This document shows, one piece after another, positions 48,675-58,842 of a DNA stretch of 64,000 nucleotides (its first letter is position 1; each line of letters begins with the position of its first letter). This DNA comes from Myxococcota bacterium. GTDB taxonomy: Bacteria > Myxococcota_A > UBA9042 > PHBI01 > JAWLBL01. The notes beneath the pieces were generated by a model. The model made no database searches. It saw only the letters and a list, made by a program, of their open reading frames with translations, and was not told the origin of the DNA. The position numbers and the translations under genes are program-made. The stretch spans positions 192,001-256,000 of the forward strand of contig JAWLBL010000006.1 of NCBI GenBank assembly GCA_041687695.1, written 5' to 3'.

Positions 48675-51407
48675 TCACTCGCCCTTCGCGGGGGCGGGCC
48701 GGGGCCCCTCCCACTGGCAGCGCTTGCCGGCGGCCTCGAGCTCGGGCCCGGGGTCGCCGACGCGCTCGAAGAGCGTGATGGGGAAGAGGCCCCCGTAGGT
48801 CAGCTGCGGGTCCTGGAAGGTCTTGACTGGCTTGAACCAGCGGCGCGCCGTCGGCAGCGAGGCCAGCTTCTGGGGCGTGAAGTAGCTGCGACCAGCCGAG
48901 ACGATGAAGCGGACGTCGTCGGCGCAGATGGCGTCCCAGTAGTCGGCCTCGCTGAGCAGCCCCGTGCGGAAGCGCTTGTTGTTGGTGTCGGCCTCGCCCG
49001 CGGCCAGGCGTCGCTCGGCGGCCAGCGCGATGAGCGGCGCCAGGGTCGAGGCGCCCGCGATGGTCTCTTCGGGGCCGGTGCGTTCGGCCACGAAGGCCGC
49101 GACCTCGTCCAGGGTCACGAAGTGGCGCTTCTTGGTCCACAGGTAGTAGCGGTAGCCCGGCTCCATGTTGCCCTTGAGGCGGTAGTCCTCCCAGAAGAGG
49201 GCGTGGGCGGGCGCGGACAGGTCCTGTAGCATCGGCGCGGGCGTCCAGGTGTACTCGTTGCGGGCGCCGCGCTGCTGGGCCTCGTCGGGGAAGGCGGCGT
49301 TGGCCTTCAGCGCCCACGGGACCCACAGGCAGAAGGCCGCCAGGGTCGCCACGCCGGCCGCCATCCGGCCGAGCCCGTCGCGACGCGGGCCCGCCTCGTC
49401 GGTGACGGCCGAGGCGACGAGCTGGGCGCCGTGGACGACCACGTAGGCGAGCAGCAGGCCGAGCGCCGGGTAGATGAGGGTGAAGTAGAAGCTGTAGAGC
49501 TCGCGGAACATGCTGTACTGGATGAACAGCGCCAGCGCGAAGAGGAAGACGAGGGCGGCGGCGGCGTGGGGGCCGGGCTCCCAGAAGCGGCGGGGATCGA
49601 GGAAACGCAGCGGGCGGGCGCGGCCCTCGGGGCTGAGCAGCCAGGCGGCGAGGCCCAGGGCCGGGGCGATGGCGAGCGAGATCCACAGGTGGGCGTGGTA
49701 GTAGACCTCCTTGGTGAAGCTGGAGCCGTCCACCATCACGGCGAGGTTGTGGACCAGGGCCGCCGGGAAGGGCTTGGGGCCGCCGGTCAGCGGGACCATG
49801 CGGGCGTCGGCGAAGGTCTTGAGCCCGTGGTAGCGGTAGACGCCGTCGACGAAGGCGTCGCCGGCCGCCGCCAGGAAGATCAGGTTGAGGCTGCCGAAGA
49901 CGAGGGCGAAGCCGGCGAGCTGCCGCAGGGCGAAGCGGCGGTCGCGGAAGGCGCCGAGCAGCAGGGCCGCGCAGATGCCGGCCATGCTGTAAAAGCCCGT
50001 GGTGGCGGCGGCGCCGAAGAGCAGGCCTGCGGTGAGGCCGCGGCCCTTCAGTGACTGCCACAGGCCGAGCATCAGCCACATGGTGGTCAGGTTGATGCCG
50101 GTCATGTTGGTGGTCGCCTTGAGGGTCTCGGCGGCGAAGAGGAAGGCGACCATGGCGAAGGCGGCGGCGAGGCGGCCGAAGGCGCGGCGGCCGATGGCCC
50201 AGACGGCCAGGCCCGCGACGGCGCCGGCGGTGACGCTGAAGAGCTTGGCGAGGGTGAGCGAGTAGCCGAAGACGGCGAAGAAGGCGCCCGGCACGAGGAC
50301 GTGCAGCGGCGGGTGGGCGAAGAAGTAGTCGACGTAGGGCCAGCGGCCGTTGGCGAGGTCGGCGGCCATGTAGAAGTAGATGTTCTCGTCGGTGTTCGAC
50401 GGGCCCATGCCGTGGATCTTGAGCAGGCCGTACAGGGCCAGGACGGCGGCCGGGACGGCGAGGTCGGCGGTGAGCCGGACGCGGGCGCGGTGCGGGTCGG
50501 GGAGGGGGGCCTGGGCCTCGCGGACCAGGAGCTCTTCGGTGAGCAGGGTGAGGGCGGCCACGAGGGCGGCGACGAGGAGGCCGGCCAGGGCGGCGCCGGG
50601 GGCCGGGGCGTCGGCGAGCCAGGGGGCGACGGCGTGGTGGGCGACGAACAGCCAGGGGGCGTGGACGAGGACGGGGCGTGAGGAGGCGGCTAGATCGCCG
50701 AGGGTGGGCGAGCGGCCGTGGGCGGTCGCGAGGGCGGTGACCCAGCCGGCGAGGACGGGCAGGGCGCAGGCCGTCACGACCAGGGCGGCGACCAGGGTGG
50801 ACAGGGCGGGGGCCGACAGGCCGTCGAGGGCCAGGCCCAGCGGCAGGCGCAGCTCGCCGAGCCAGGTGTGGGGGAACAGGAGGGTGGCGGTCGCCCACAC
50901 GAGGCCGGCCACGGTGGCCGTGGCGGCGAGGCGGCTGTCGGGGGCGCGGGCCCAGGCGCGGGCGCCGGCGCCGAGCAGGACGAAGGCGAGGGCGGCCGGG
51001 AAGCCGACGAAGTTCGGGTGGGCCAGTTCGAAGGCTGCCAGGTGGAGCTGCGGGTTGCGGCCGAGCGCGGCCATGAGGGCGAGCGTCGCGAGGAGGGCGG
51101 CGGCGCCCGTGACCCACTGGCGCGCCGGGCCGGCGAGGCGGAAGGCGACGATGGCGCCCAAACCTGCGGTGGCGGCCAGCCAACGGGCGGTCGTCCACAG
51201 GCCGGGGCGATCGAGGCCCTCGCCGGCGGGGCTGGCCAGGAACGCCAGGAGCAGGGTCAGCGCGCCCGCGCCCGGCAGGAGCCAGGTCGGCCAGAGGCGA
51301 GGCGGCTCGAGGGGGGCGCGGGGCTCGGGGGCCGGTCCGGCGGGGGGAGGGGAGGGGGACGCCTGGGCGGCGGCGGTCGCGGCGCGGGCGGCCTTACGTT
51401 TGGCCAT
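48675..51407 (-). CDS. GT-C fold (ArnT/GT39-like) membrane glycosyltransferase with extra N-terminal membrane domain
   Basis: TDENIYFYMAADLANGRWPYVDYFFAHPPL loop; many TM helices. Confidence 0.7.
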   Translation of the reverse strand: MAKRKAARAATAAAQASPSPPPAGPAPEPRAPLEPPRLWPTWLLPGAGALTLLLAFLASPAGEGLDRPGLWTTARWLAATAGLGAIVAFRLAGPARQWVTGAAALLATLALMAALGRNPQLHLAAFELAHPNFVGFPAALAFVLLGAGARAWARAPDSRLAATATVAGLVWATATLLFPHTWLGELRLPLGLALDGLSAPALSTLVAALVVTACALPVLAGWVTALATAHGRSPTLGDLAASSRPVLVHAPWLFVAHHAVAPWLADAPAPGAALAGLLVAALVAALTLLTEELLVREAQAPLPDPHRARVRLTADLAVPAAVLALYGLLKIHGMGPSNTDENIYFYMAADLANGRWPYVDYFFAHPPLHVLVPGAFFAVFGYSLTLAKLFSVTAGAVAGLAVWAIGRRAFGRLAAAFAMVAFLFAAETLKATTNMTGINLTTMWLMLGLWQSLKGRGLTAGLLFGAAATTGFYSMAGICAALLLGAFRDRRFALRQLAGFALVFGSLNLIFLAAAGDAFVDGVYRYHGLKTFADARMVPLTGGPKPFPAALVHNLAVMVDGSSFTKEVYYHAHLWISLAIAPALGLAAWLLSPEGRARPLRFLDPRRFWEPGPHAAAALVFLFALALFIQYSMFRELYSFYFTLIYPALGLLLAYVVVHGAQLVASAVTDEAGPRRDGLGRMAAGVATLAAFCLWVPWALKANAAFPDEAQQRGARNEYTWTPAPMLQDLSAPAHALFWEDYRLKGNMEPGYRYYLWTKKRHFVTLDEVAAFVAERTGPEETIAGASTLAPLIALAAERRLAAGEADTNNKRFRTGLLSEADYWDAICADDVRFIVSAGRSYFTPQKLASLPTARRWFKPVKTFQDPQLTYGGLFPITLFERVGDPGPELEAAGKRCQWEGPRPAPAKGE

Positions 51408-52377
51408 CGAGCAGCACCTCGAGGACGCGGTCGGCCTCGGTGTAGGGGTCGGTCTCGCGGCTGGCCAGGCGGTCGAGCAGGGCCTCGCGGCCGTCACCGG
51501 CGTCAAGGGCGGCGGCCATGCGCTCGACAAGGCGGTCGCGGATGAGGCTCTCGAGGACGTGCGCCTCGCGGCGACGGCGGCGCTCGAGGGCCTCGCCGGT
51601 GGACGGCAGGGCGGCGGCGTGGGCGTCGATGGCGGCGGCCAGCTCGGGCAGGCCCTGTCCGTAGACGGCGACCGTCTTCACGATGGGTGGCGTCCAGGTC
51701 TCGCCGTCGGACACCAGGCCCTGCAGCGCCCGGATGTCCCGGATGGTGCGCTCGGCGCCGTCGCGGTCGGCCTTGTTGACCACGAAGACGTCGGCGATCT
51801 CGAGGATGCCGGCCTTGATGGCCTGGATGTCGTCGCCCATGCCGGGGACCAGCACGACCAGCGACGTGTGGGCCAGGCGGACCACCTCGATCTCGTCCTG
51901 ACCGACGCCGACCGTCTCGAGCAGGATGACGTCGTAGCCCATCGCGTCGAGCACGCTGACCACGTCGTTGGTCGACCGGCTGAGGCCGCCCAGGTGGCCG
52001 CGGGTGGCCAGGCTGCGGATGAACACGCCCGGATCGGTGGCGTGGTCGTTCATGCGGATGCGGTCGCCCAGGATCGCGCCGCCCGTGAAGGGGCTGGACG
52101 GGTCCACGGCGACGACGCCGACCTTGAGCCCCTGCGCCCGGTAGTGGCGGATGAGCTGATCGGTCAGCGTCGACTTGCCCGAGCCCGGGTTGCCGGTGAC
52201 GCCGATGATGCGGGCGCGCCCGGTGACGGCGTACAGGCGCCGCAGCACCTCGAACGCGATGGGCTCGCGGTCGTCGACCAGGCGCATCAGGCGGGCGCCG
52301 GCGCGCACGTCGCCGGACCGCACGCGGGTGACGAATCGCTCGAGCTGCCCCGCGTCAACGCGTGCAGAGGTGACCAT
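51394..52377 (-). CDS. meaB: Methylmalonyl-CoA mutase-associated GTPase
   Basis: GVTGNPGSGKST, AVDPSSPFTGGAILGDRIRM, ETVGVGQ, QAIKAGILE, NKAD. Confidence 0.95.
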   Translation of the reverse strand: MVTSARVDAGQLERFVTRVRSGDVRAGARLMRLVDDREPIAFEVLRRLYAVTGRARIIGVTGNPGSGKSTLTDQLIRHYRAQGLKVGVVAVDPSSPFTGGAILGDRIRMNDHATDPGVFIRSLATRGHLGGLSRSTNDVVSVLDAMGYDVILLETVGVGQDEIEVVRLAHTSLVVLVPGMGDDIQAIKAGILEIADVFVVNKADRDGAERTIRDIRALQGLVSDGETWTPPIVKTVAVYGQGLPELAAAIDAHAAALPSTGEALERRRRREAHVLESLIRDRLVERMAAALDAGDGREALLDRLASRETDPYTEADRVLEVLLDGQT

Positions 52378-54502
52378 GGCCGCTCCGATCCTGGAGGGTC
52401 GCAGGGGGACCGAACGCGGGCTCGTGCCAGGCCGCGCCGGCCGCGAGGAAGGCGTCGCGCTGGCGGCCGAGGAGGTCGGCCAGGACGCGCTGGTTGGTGG
52501 GGTCGCTCTCGGCGACCTCGGGGGCGGGCGACCAGCGGCCCTCGCGGCGGAGCAGCAGCTGCGGCGCGCCGCCGCGACGGGGGACGCGCAGCGCGGCGTC
52601 GCCCTGGACGACCAGCTCGGCCTCTCCGCGGTGGGTCGCCAGCGTGGTCGCGGGCCACGCGACGGTCGCCCGGTCGACGGGGCGCCCGCTGGTGAGGTCG
52701 GCGGACGCGCCGCCCCAGGTCATGAGGGAGGCCGCCAGATCGGTCAGGTCGTGGGTCGCGCGCCGGGCGGCGGCCTCGACCGGGGTCCCGATGATCCAGG
52801 CCGGGACGTGCAGGTTGGCGGGCGTCAGCGCGTCGGCGGCCGGGTCGGCCGGCTCGCCGCCCAGGCCGACGACGACGACGATCGGGGCGAACTGCTCGAT
52901 GCTCTGCACCTGCGCGATGAACTGGCGCACGGCCCCCAGGGTCTCGGCGGCCGTCGCGCGGCGCAGCGTGTCCAGCCACAGGTGGTCGCGCTCGGTGAGG
53001 CGGCGCTTGCCGCCTGCGACGTCGATGAGCACCTCTCGGGTCTGCAGGGGCTTCCAGGGCTGGCGGCCTTCGGGCGGGCCGTGCTGCTGCCAGGCGTCCG
53101 TGCGGGGCATCCAGGGGGGGCCGCCGTCGCCGACGACCGCCAGCGCGAACACCGGGCGCTCGTCCGGGGCGCGCAGGATGGCGGTGACGACCGAGCGGAG
53201 GACGTCGGGCGCGAACGGCTCGCGGGCGCCCGGCGGGGCTCCCACGACCGCGTCCGCGAAGCCGGCCCACAGCGGCGAGGACGCGGTGAGCGGCAGGCGG
53301 CTGGTGCGCAGGATGGTGTGCCGCCCCGCGTCGGCCATGTGTTGGGCCAGGGTGCGGGTGCCCTTGGGGAGGGCGTCCGAGGTGCCGAGCAGCCCCAGCG
53401 CCTGCGGGTGGCGGCCGGTCAGCAGCGAGGCCAGGGCGGGCTCGAAGGTCGTCGCGGTGCTCCAGACGTCGTTCAGGCGCGCCGCGCCGGGCACGTCTGC
53501 CAGCGCCTCTCCGACCGCGTCGGCGCGCACGCCTCGCAGGGCGACCACCACGATCGGGCGGCCGACGGGCGGGGCCGCGGCGACGGCGGGTGCGTCCCCC
53601 GGGGCGGTCAAGCGCGGCGCGACCAGCCCGACGGCGCCGTCGGACGTCCCCTCGAGCGACACCCTCAGATACACCGGAGCGTGCGTGCGCGGATCGCCCA
53701 GCGCCAGGTTCCACGGCATGACCAGCGCGGCCGGCAGCCGGGCCACCTCGTGGCGGCCGCCGAAGGTCCAGATACGCTCGACGACCAGCGTCAGCCCCGA
53801 GACGTCGCCCCGGGTGCGCATCCCGCGCGTCTCCAGGGCGTGCCGGACGTGCTGCGTCAGCGGCAGCAGGACCTGCTCGCCGGGCTCGAGCCACAGGGCG
53901 TCGTGCTCGGCCACCGGGGCGGCGACCGCTCCACCCGGGCCCGCCGCGTTCGCGCTGAGGATCACCGCGTGCAGCAGCCCGCGCCAGCTCTGCGGCATCG
54001 CGGGGCCCTCCTCGACGGCCTTGCCGGCCCGCGTCAGCGTCAAGCCGAGCCGATGGCGCCCGACGGTCCCCTCGGGCAAGGCCACCGTCACGCGCTGCCA
54101 CCCCGCCTCGAGGGGCTCGACCGCGACCCGGTCCCCGTCCAGCGTGACCTGCAGGTCGCGCAGGCCATGAGCCGGGCGCAGGACCACGTCCAGCCGCTGC
54201 GACCCGGCCGGGACGTCGACGACCAGGCTGGCCTGCGGGTGGACGATGGGCCGGTAACCGAACCCGCCCGCCTCGCAGCCGACCGGCCCGAAGCCGAAGG
54301 CCCCCTCCGGCCCCGCGGCCGCGTCCAACGCCGGGCTCGCCGCCTCGATGCGCCCCACGCCGTAGGCGCGCAGCCGCACGAGGTCGACGACGTCCACGCG
54401 CCCCGGCAGCGCCGCGCGCGCCTCGCCCGGGCCGGTCGCCCCTGCCGTCATCCAAAGCGCCGCGAGCGCCGCCCCCGCCACCAACCCAGCTCTCGCCGCC
54501 AT
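52355..54502 (-). CDS. Secreted sulfatase/alkaline-phosphatase-superfamily-like protein, degenerate active site
   Basis: Signal peptide; PIVVVALRGVRADAVG, ALASLLTGRHP, TLAQHMADAG, NLHVPAWI, DLAASL. Confidence 0.65.
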   Translation of the reverse strand: MAARAGLVAGAALAALWMTAGATGPGEARAALPGRVDVVDLVRLRAYGVGRIEAASPALDAAAGPEGAFGFGPVGCEAGGFGYRPIVHPQASLVVDVPAGSQRLDVVLRPAHGLRDLQVTLDGDRVAVEPLEAGWQRVTVALPEGTVGRHRLGLTLTRAGKAVEEGPAMPQSWRGLLHAVILSANAAGPGGAVAAPVAEHDALWLEPGEQVLLPLTQHVRHALETRGMRTRGDVSGLTLVVERIWTFGGRHEVARLPAALVMPWNLALGDPRTHAPVYLRVSLEGTSDGAVGLVAPRLTAPGDAPAVAAAPPVGRPIVVVALRGVRADAVGEALADVPGAARLNDVWSTATTFEPALASLLTGRHPQALGLLGTSDALPKGTRTLAQHMADAGRHTILRTSRLPLTASSPLWAGFADAVVGAPPGAREPFAPDVLRSVVTAILRAPDERPVFALAVVGDGGPPWMPRTDAWQQHGPPEGRQPWKPLQTREVLIDVAGGKRRLTERDHLWLDTLRRATAAETLGAVRQFIAQVQSIEQFAPIVVVVGLGGEPADPAADALTPANLHVPAWIIGTPVEAAARRATHDLTDLAASLMTWGGASADLTSGRPVDRATVAWPATTLATHRGEAELVVQGDAALRVPRRGGAPQLLLRREGRWSPAPEVAESDPTNQRVLADLLGRQRDAFLAAGAAWHEPAFGPPATLQDRSGHGHLCTR

Positions 54503-54724
54503 GGCCTCTCCCCTGAGCGCCGCGCCCGCGCGACGCCCCGGTGGGGTAGCACGCCTGGCCCCGTCGAGACAAGGAGCCGTCACGCCTCGACTTCTCGGCG
54601 GTCGCCCGCTCCGAACGCCCCCCTTGACGCGTCCCCCTCCACTTCTCCAGCATCGGTCGGGCGCGCCGCGGCCCCACCGGGTCTCGGCGGCGCTCGCTCC
54701 GAACCGACCGAACCCGAGGCCGCC

Positions 54725-55234
54725 ATGACCCCCCAGCTCGCCCCGACCCGGACCGGCATCCTGTTCGTCTGCCTGGGCAACATCTGCCGGTCGCCCCTGG
54801 CCGAAGGGGTCTTCCTCGGCGAGGTCGTTCGCCGCGGCCTCGGCGACCGGTTCGTGGTCGACTCGTGCGGGACGGCCGCCTACCACGTCGGCGAGGCCCC
54901 CGACCCGCGCAGCTGCCAGGTCGCGGCGCAGTACGGCCTCGACATCACCCACCAGCGCGCCCGCCAGCTCGCGTCGGCCGACTTCGCCCGCTTCGACTGG
55001 ATCGTCGCGATGGACCGCGCCAACGCCCGCGCGATCGAGCAAGCCCGCCCGAACGGCGCCCGCGCTCGCGTGGCCCGCTTCATGGACTTCGTCCCAGACT
55101 CGACCAGCCAGGACGTCCCCGACCCCTACTACGGCGGCCCCGAGGGCTTCGAGCGCGTCTACGATCTGCTGCGGCGGGGCGCCGACCGGCTGCTCGACGC
55201 CGTCCTGGCGGAGCGGGCGCAGGAGGCCGGTTGA
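54725..55234 (+). CDS. Low molecular weight protein-tyrosine phosphatase
   Basis: FVCLGNICRSPLAEG, PDPR, VPDPYYG. Confidence 0.95.
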   Translation: MTPQLAPTRTGILFVCLGNICRSPLAEGVFLGEVVRRGLGDRFVVDSCGTAAYHVGEAPDPRSCQVAAQYGLDITHQRARQLASADFARFDWIVAMDRANARAIEQARPNGARARVARFMDFVPDSTSQDVPDPYYGGPEGFERVYDLLRRGADRLLDAVLAERAQEAG

Positions 55235-56097
55235 CGGCCCTGCCGCCGGTCGCGCGCGCCCTCGCGCGGCGCACCCTCGGGGTGCCGGAGGCGGCCCAGC
55301 CCACGGCGAGGTCGGTCGGCGGGGGCTGCATCAGCGAGGCGGCGCGCGTCGAGGCCGCAGGCCGGGCGGTCTTCCTCAAGTGGCGCGACGGAGCGCCGGC
55401 CGACTTCTTCGACGCCGAGGCCGACGGGCTCGACCGCCTCCGGGCCGCTGGCCTGCGGGTCCCGCGCGTGCTCGGACACGCCCACGACGGCCGCTGCGGC
55501 GCCATCGCCCTCGAGGCGCTCGACGAGGGCGCCGCCTCTGCCCGGGCCATGGCCGACGCCGGCCGCCGGCTCGCGCTCCTCCACGGCCGCCGCGGCCTCG
55601 CGCCCGGGCTCGCCCGCGACAACTACATCGGCTCGCTGCCACAGCCGAACGCTCCGGAGCCCGGCGGCGCCTGGCTCGCCTTCTGGAAGCAACGCCGGCT
55701 GCTGGCGCTGTCTCGCGGGTTGCCCCAGGGGCTGCGCCAACGCCTCGAGCGCCTCGATCCGACCGGCGTCCTCGCCGAGCCCGAGGGCGGCTGCGCCCTG
55801 CTGCACGGCGACCTGTGGAGCGGCAACCTGCTGTGCGACCGCGAGGGCCTCGCCTGGTTCATCGACCCGGCGGTCTACGCCGGCCACCCTGAGGTCGACC
55901 TCGCCATGACCCGCCTGTTCGGCGGCTTCCCCGCCGCCTTCTACGACGCCTACCAGGAGGTCGCCGGCCGGTTCGACCGCGAGCACCTCGCCCGCTGCGA
56001 CCTCCTCAACCTCACCCCCCTCATCGTTCACGCGCGGCTCTTCGGCGCTGGCTACCTCAGCCAGGTCGAGTCCGTGCTCACGCGCTTCGGCGCCTGA
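55231..56097 (+). CDS. Fructosamine/ribulosamine kinase family protein
   Basis: VGGGCIS, FLK, EADGL, DNYIGSLPQPN, LLHGDLWSGN, IDPAVYAGHPEVDLAM; TTGA overlap. Confidence 0.92.
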   Translation: MTALPPVARALARRTLGVPEAAQPTARSVGGGCISEAARVEAAGRAVFLKWRDGAPADFFDAEADGLDRLRAAGLRVPRVLGHAHDGRCGAIALEALDEGAASARAMADAGRRLALLHGRRGLAPGLARDNYIGSLPQPNAPEPGGAWLAFWKQRRLLALSRGLPQGLRQRLERLDPTGVLAEPEGGCALLHGDLWSGNLLCDREGLAWFIDPAVYAGHPEVDLAMTRLFGGFPAAFYDAYQEVAGRFDREHLARCDLLNLTPLIVHARLFGAGYLSQVESVLTRFGA

Positions 56098-56107
56098 TGG
56101 AGCCTCG

Positions 56108-56812
56108 ATGGGCACCGCCGCCCCCACCCGCCTCCTGCTGCCCTCTCGCCTCCTCTTGATCGTCGCCTTCGGCCTCGCGGTCGTCGGGTCCCTGTCCGCC
56201 TGTCGCGACGACGCCGACGACGTCGCGGTCCCCGCGCGGACCCCGGTCGCCCCGCCGCCCGCGCCCTCCCCGCTGACCCTCGACGGGACCACCGACGTCG
56301 CCTTCCGCTACCTCGACCCGGCGACCGGCCGCCCGGCCACCGCGACGACCGTCGACGCCATCCCCGAGGCCGCCCGCGCCCAGGTCATCGTCCTCCCGCT
56401 GGCCGGCGAGGCCCCGCCCGGCTGGGAGCACGTCGCCGACCTGACACGCCCGCTCCCCGTCACCACCGTCCCGACGCGCGGGTTCGTCCTCAGCCCGCCG
56501 TCCCCCGCCGAGGCCGCCCCGGACCCGGCCCCGCCCGCGCGCCGCCGCGTCGGCCCGCCCGAGGTCGTCATGTTCTCGGGGCCGGGCTGCAAACCCTGCA
56601 AGCACGCCCGCAAGTGGCTGAGCGAACGGCGCGTCCCCTTCACCGAGCTCGATCTGGGCACCGACCCCAAGGCGTGGACCCGCCTCGACGAGCTGGCCGC
56701 CCGCGCCGGCCTGCGCGAGCGCGACAAGCGCGGCGTCCCCATCTTCTTCGTCGACGGCCAGCCCGTCCTCGGCTTCGATCGCGCGCGCCTCGCCAAGCTC
56801 ATCGGCCTGTGA
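56108..56812 (+). CDS. Glutaredoxin-domain lipoprotein
   Basis: LSA-C lipobox; CKPC, GVP, VLGFD. Confidence 0.8.
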   Translation: MGTAAPTRLLLPSRLLLIVAFGLAVVGSLSACRDDADDVAVPARTPVAPPPAPSPLTLDGTTDVAFRYLDPATGRPATATTVDAIPEAARAQVIVLPLAGEAPPGWEHVADLTRPLPVTTVPTRGFVLSPPSPAEAAPDPAPPARRRVGPPEVVMFSGPGCKPCKHARKWLSERRVPFTELDLGTDPKAWTRLDELAARAGLRERDKRGVPIFFVDGQPVLGFDRARLAKLIGL

Positions 56813-56895
56813 GGCGGGGGCCGCGCGCCCCCACGGTCGATTTTCTGGACGGCGCGCGCGACCGCCCGGACCCTCGTCGCAAGGGAGGAACGAAC

Positions 56896-57246
56896 ATGGC
56901 TCTTGCGATGCACACGGTGGGTTCCGAGTCGGCGCTCGCGCCGGTCGATGACTGGGCGGCCGAGGTCACCTTCGGCGGGCGGACGTCGCCCCGGTCGCGG
57001 GCGCAGGCGCGCGTCGTCAGCCTCGGCCGTCGCGGCATGATGCTGTCGTCGCTGCGCGTCCCGGCGGGCGAGCGCTTCGCCTGGATCTCCTTCACCATGC
57101 CGAACGGGCAGACCCTGTCGCCGCTCGTCGAGGTCGGCGCCAGCTCCGAGGGCGCGGTCGCGGTGCGTTTCCGCCACCTCTTCCCCGATCAGCAGGCCCA
57201 GCTCGACGCCTTCCACGCCTCGCGCGCCACGGCGACGGGTTACTGA
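56896..57246 (+). CDS. Small hypothetical protein, possibly degenerate PilZ-like beta-barrel
   Basis: GGAGG RBS; SLGRRGM...ISFTMPNG...AVRFRHLFP pattern, no RxxxR. Confidence 0.55.
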   Translation: MALAMHTVGSESALAPVDDWAAEVTFGGRTSPRSRAQARVVSLGRRGMMLSSLRVPAGERFAWISFTMPNGQTLSPLVEVGASSEGAVAVRFRHLFPDQQAQLDAFHASRATATGY

Positions 57247-57283
57247 GGGCGAGGCCGGCGACTGGCCGGCCTTCGCGCGCGCG

Positions 57284-58147
57284 TCATGCGGCCCCGCCGC
57301 GCCGCGGGATGGGGCCCAGGTCCGGGTCGCCGCGCTCCATCGGGAACGCGCGCAGCTCGGGCGCGATGGCGTCGGCGAACGGCGCGAGGAGCGAGCGCAC
57401 CTCGTCGGGGCGGTGGATCTGGCTGAAGTGGCTGAGGACCAGCGTGCGGTTGCGAAACCGCGCCGCACGCGCCGCGAGATCGTCCAGGTGGACGTGGCCG
57501 CCGGCGCGGACGTCCTCGTAGCGTTTGCGCGCGTCGAGGAAGGTGCACTCGAGCACGAGCACCTCGCTGTCGCAGATGGCGGGCTGCCGGTCGAGGACCT
57601 CGGGCAGCGTGTCGCCGGTCACCGAGAGCAGCGGGGTGACGTGGGCCTCCGTCACGGCCACGCCTTGCTTGCGTAGCCGCCCGATCTCGGGGCCCGGCGT
57701 CTCCGCGAACTCCGGCTTCAGCTTGTCGACGGTGCGCTCCACCGTGTAACCGAGCGAGGGCAGCGTGTGGTAGGTCCGGAACGGGACCAGGTCGACGCCC
57801 TGCTTGAGGGGATACCGCTCGCCGGGCCGGGCCGCGATCAGGTGGTAACGCGACTGGTAGCGCTGGACGCGATCGAAGGCCTCGATGAGCGCCACCAGCC
57901 CGTCGGCCATCTGGGCGGGGACGTAGACGGTCGGCGGCGCCATCCCGTACAGCTGGCGCAGTGCCATCAGGTAGGGCAGGCCGGCCGCATGGTCCATGTG
58001 CGTGTGCGTCAGCGCGAGGTGGTTCAGGCGCACCAGCTCGCGCGGTCCGCGGCCCACGTCGATGGCCAGGCTCCACTCGGGGATCCAGACGCAGGTCTCG
58101 ACGCCGCCGAGCGAGAAGCCGTTGAGTCGAAAGGTTCCAAAGTCCAT
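57284..58147 (-). CDS. Ribonuclease Z-like MBL-fold hydrolase (short TM-type)
   Basis: SLGGVETC, THTHMDH, TYHTLPSLGY, KLKPEF arm, TGDT, ECTF, HVH, SHFS. Confidence 0.85.
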   Translation of the reverse strand: MDFGTFRLNGFSLGGVETCVWIPEWSLAIDVGRGPRELVRLNHLALTHTHMDHAAGLPYLMALRQLYGMAPPTVYVPAQMADGLVALIEAFDRVQRYQSRYHLIAARPGERYPLKQGVDLVPFRTYHTLPSLGYTVERTVDKLKPEFAETPGPEIGRLRKQGVAVTEAHVTPLLSVTGDTLPEVLDRQPAICDSEVLVLECTFLDARKRYEDVRAGGHVHLDDLAARAARFRNRTLVLSHFSQIHRPDEVRSLLAPFADAIAPELRAFPMERGDPDLGPIPRRGGAA

Positions 58148-58235
58148 GATGTCGAAGGCAGTTCGCCGGACCCAGCCGGCTTGTTACAGAGAGGTGCCCG
58201 TGGTAGAAACCCCCGCAACCGGCAACGCGGAGGGC

Positions 58236-58775
58236 ATGATGTCGAGACCTCGGGCCACGAGCCTACGGCGCGCAGCGACACTGTCGATGTGCCTGATCTT
58301 CGGCCTGAGCGCCATCGCTTGTCAGGACAAGCCCGATCCCTACGAGGTCGGCTTCGGCGTCCCGGACACGGGAACCTCGCGCGAGGCCCCGCCCAAGATG
58401 GCCCAGCGCTGCCCGCTCGAAGAGGTCGTGACCGACCCGGCCGAGCGGTCGCCCGAGTGGGTCGTCAAGGAGCTCCTCGCCGCATCGTCCTCGGAAGGAG
58501 ACGAGCAGGCCGCCTTTCAGCGATTCTACGGCCTCTTCGACGGGCAACAGGAGTCGTGGGTGCGCCAACAGTACTGGCCGCGCGCCCGCCAGCACGTCTC
58601 GAAGTATCTGGCCGAGGGCGACGGCGTGGTCTACACGATCTGCCGCCGCGAGGGTCAGACCGACACCCATGTGAAGCTCTTCATCCGCAGTAACGACGAG
58701 GAAAAGAGCAATCCGCCCATCACCTTGAAGAAGAACGCCGACGGCGAGTGGAAGGTCACGGCCTACACGCCCTGA
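58236..58775 (+). CDS. Lipoprotein, hypothetical
   Basis: LSAIA-C lipobox; upstream TTGTTA-17-TAGAAA promoter-like motif at 58181-58209. Confidence 0.7.
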   Translation: MMSRPRATSLRRAATLSMCLIFGLSAIACQDKPDPYEVGFGVPDTGTSREAPPKMAQRCPLEEVVTDPAERSPEWVVKELLAASSSEGDEQAAFQRFYGLFDGQQESWVRQQYWPRARQHVSKYLAEGDGVVYTICRREGQTDTHVKLFIRSNDEEKSNPPITLKKNADGEWKVTAYTP

Positions 58776-58842
58776 TCCCAACCCCGCCCCGGCAGCCCCA
58801 ATGCCACGCCTCCCGGCAACAGCCACGGGACCCGAGCCACGC

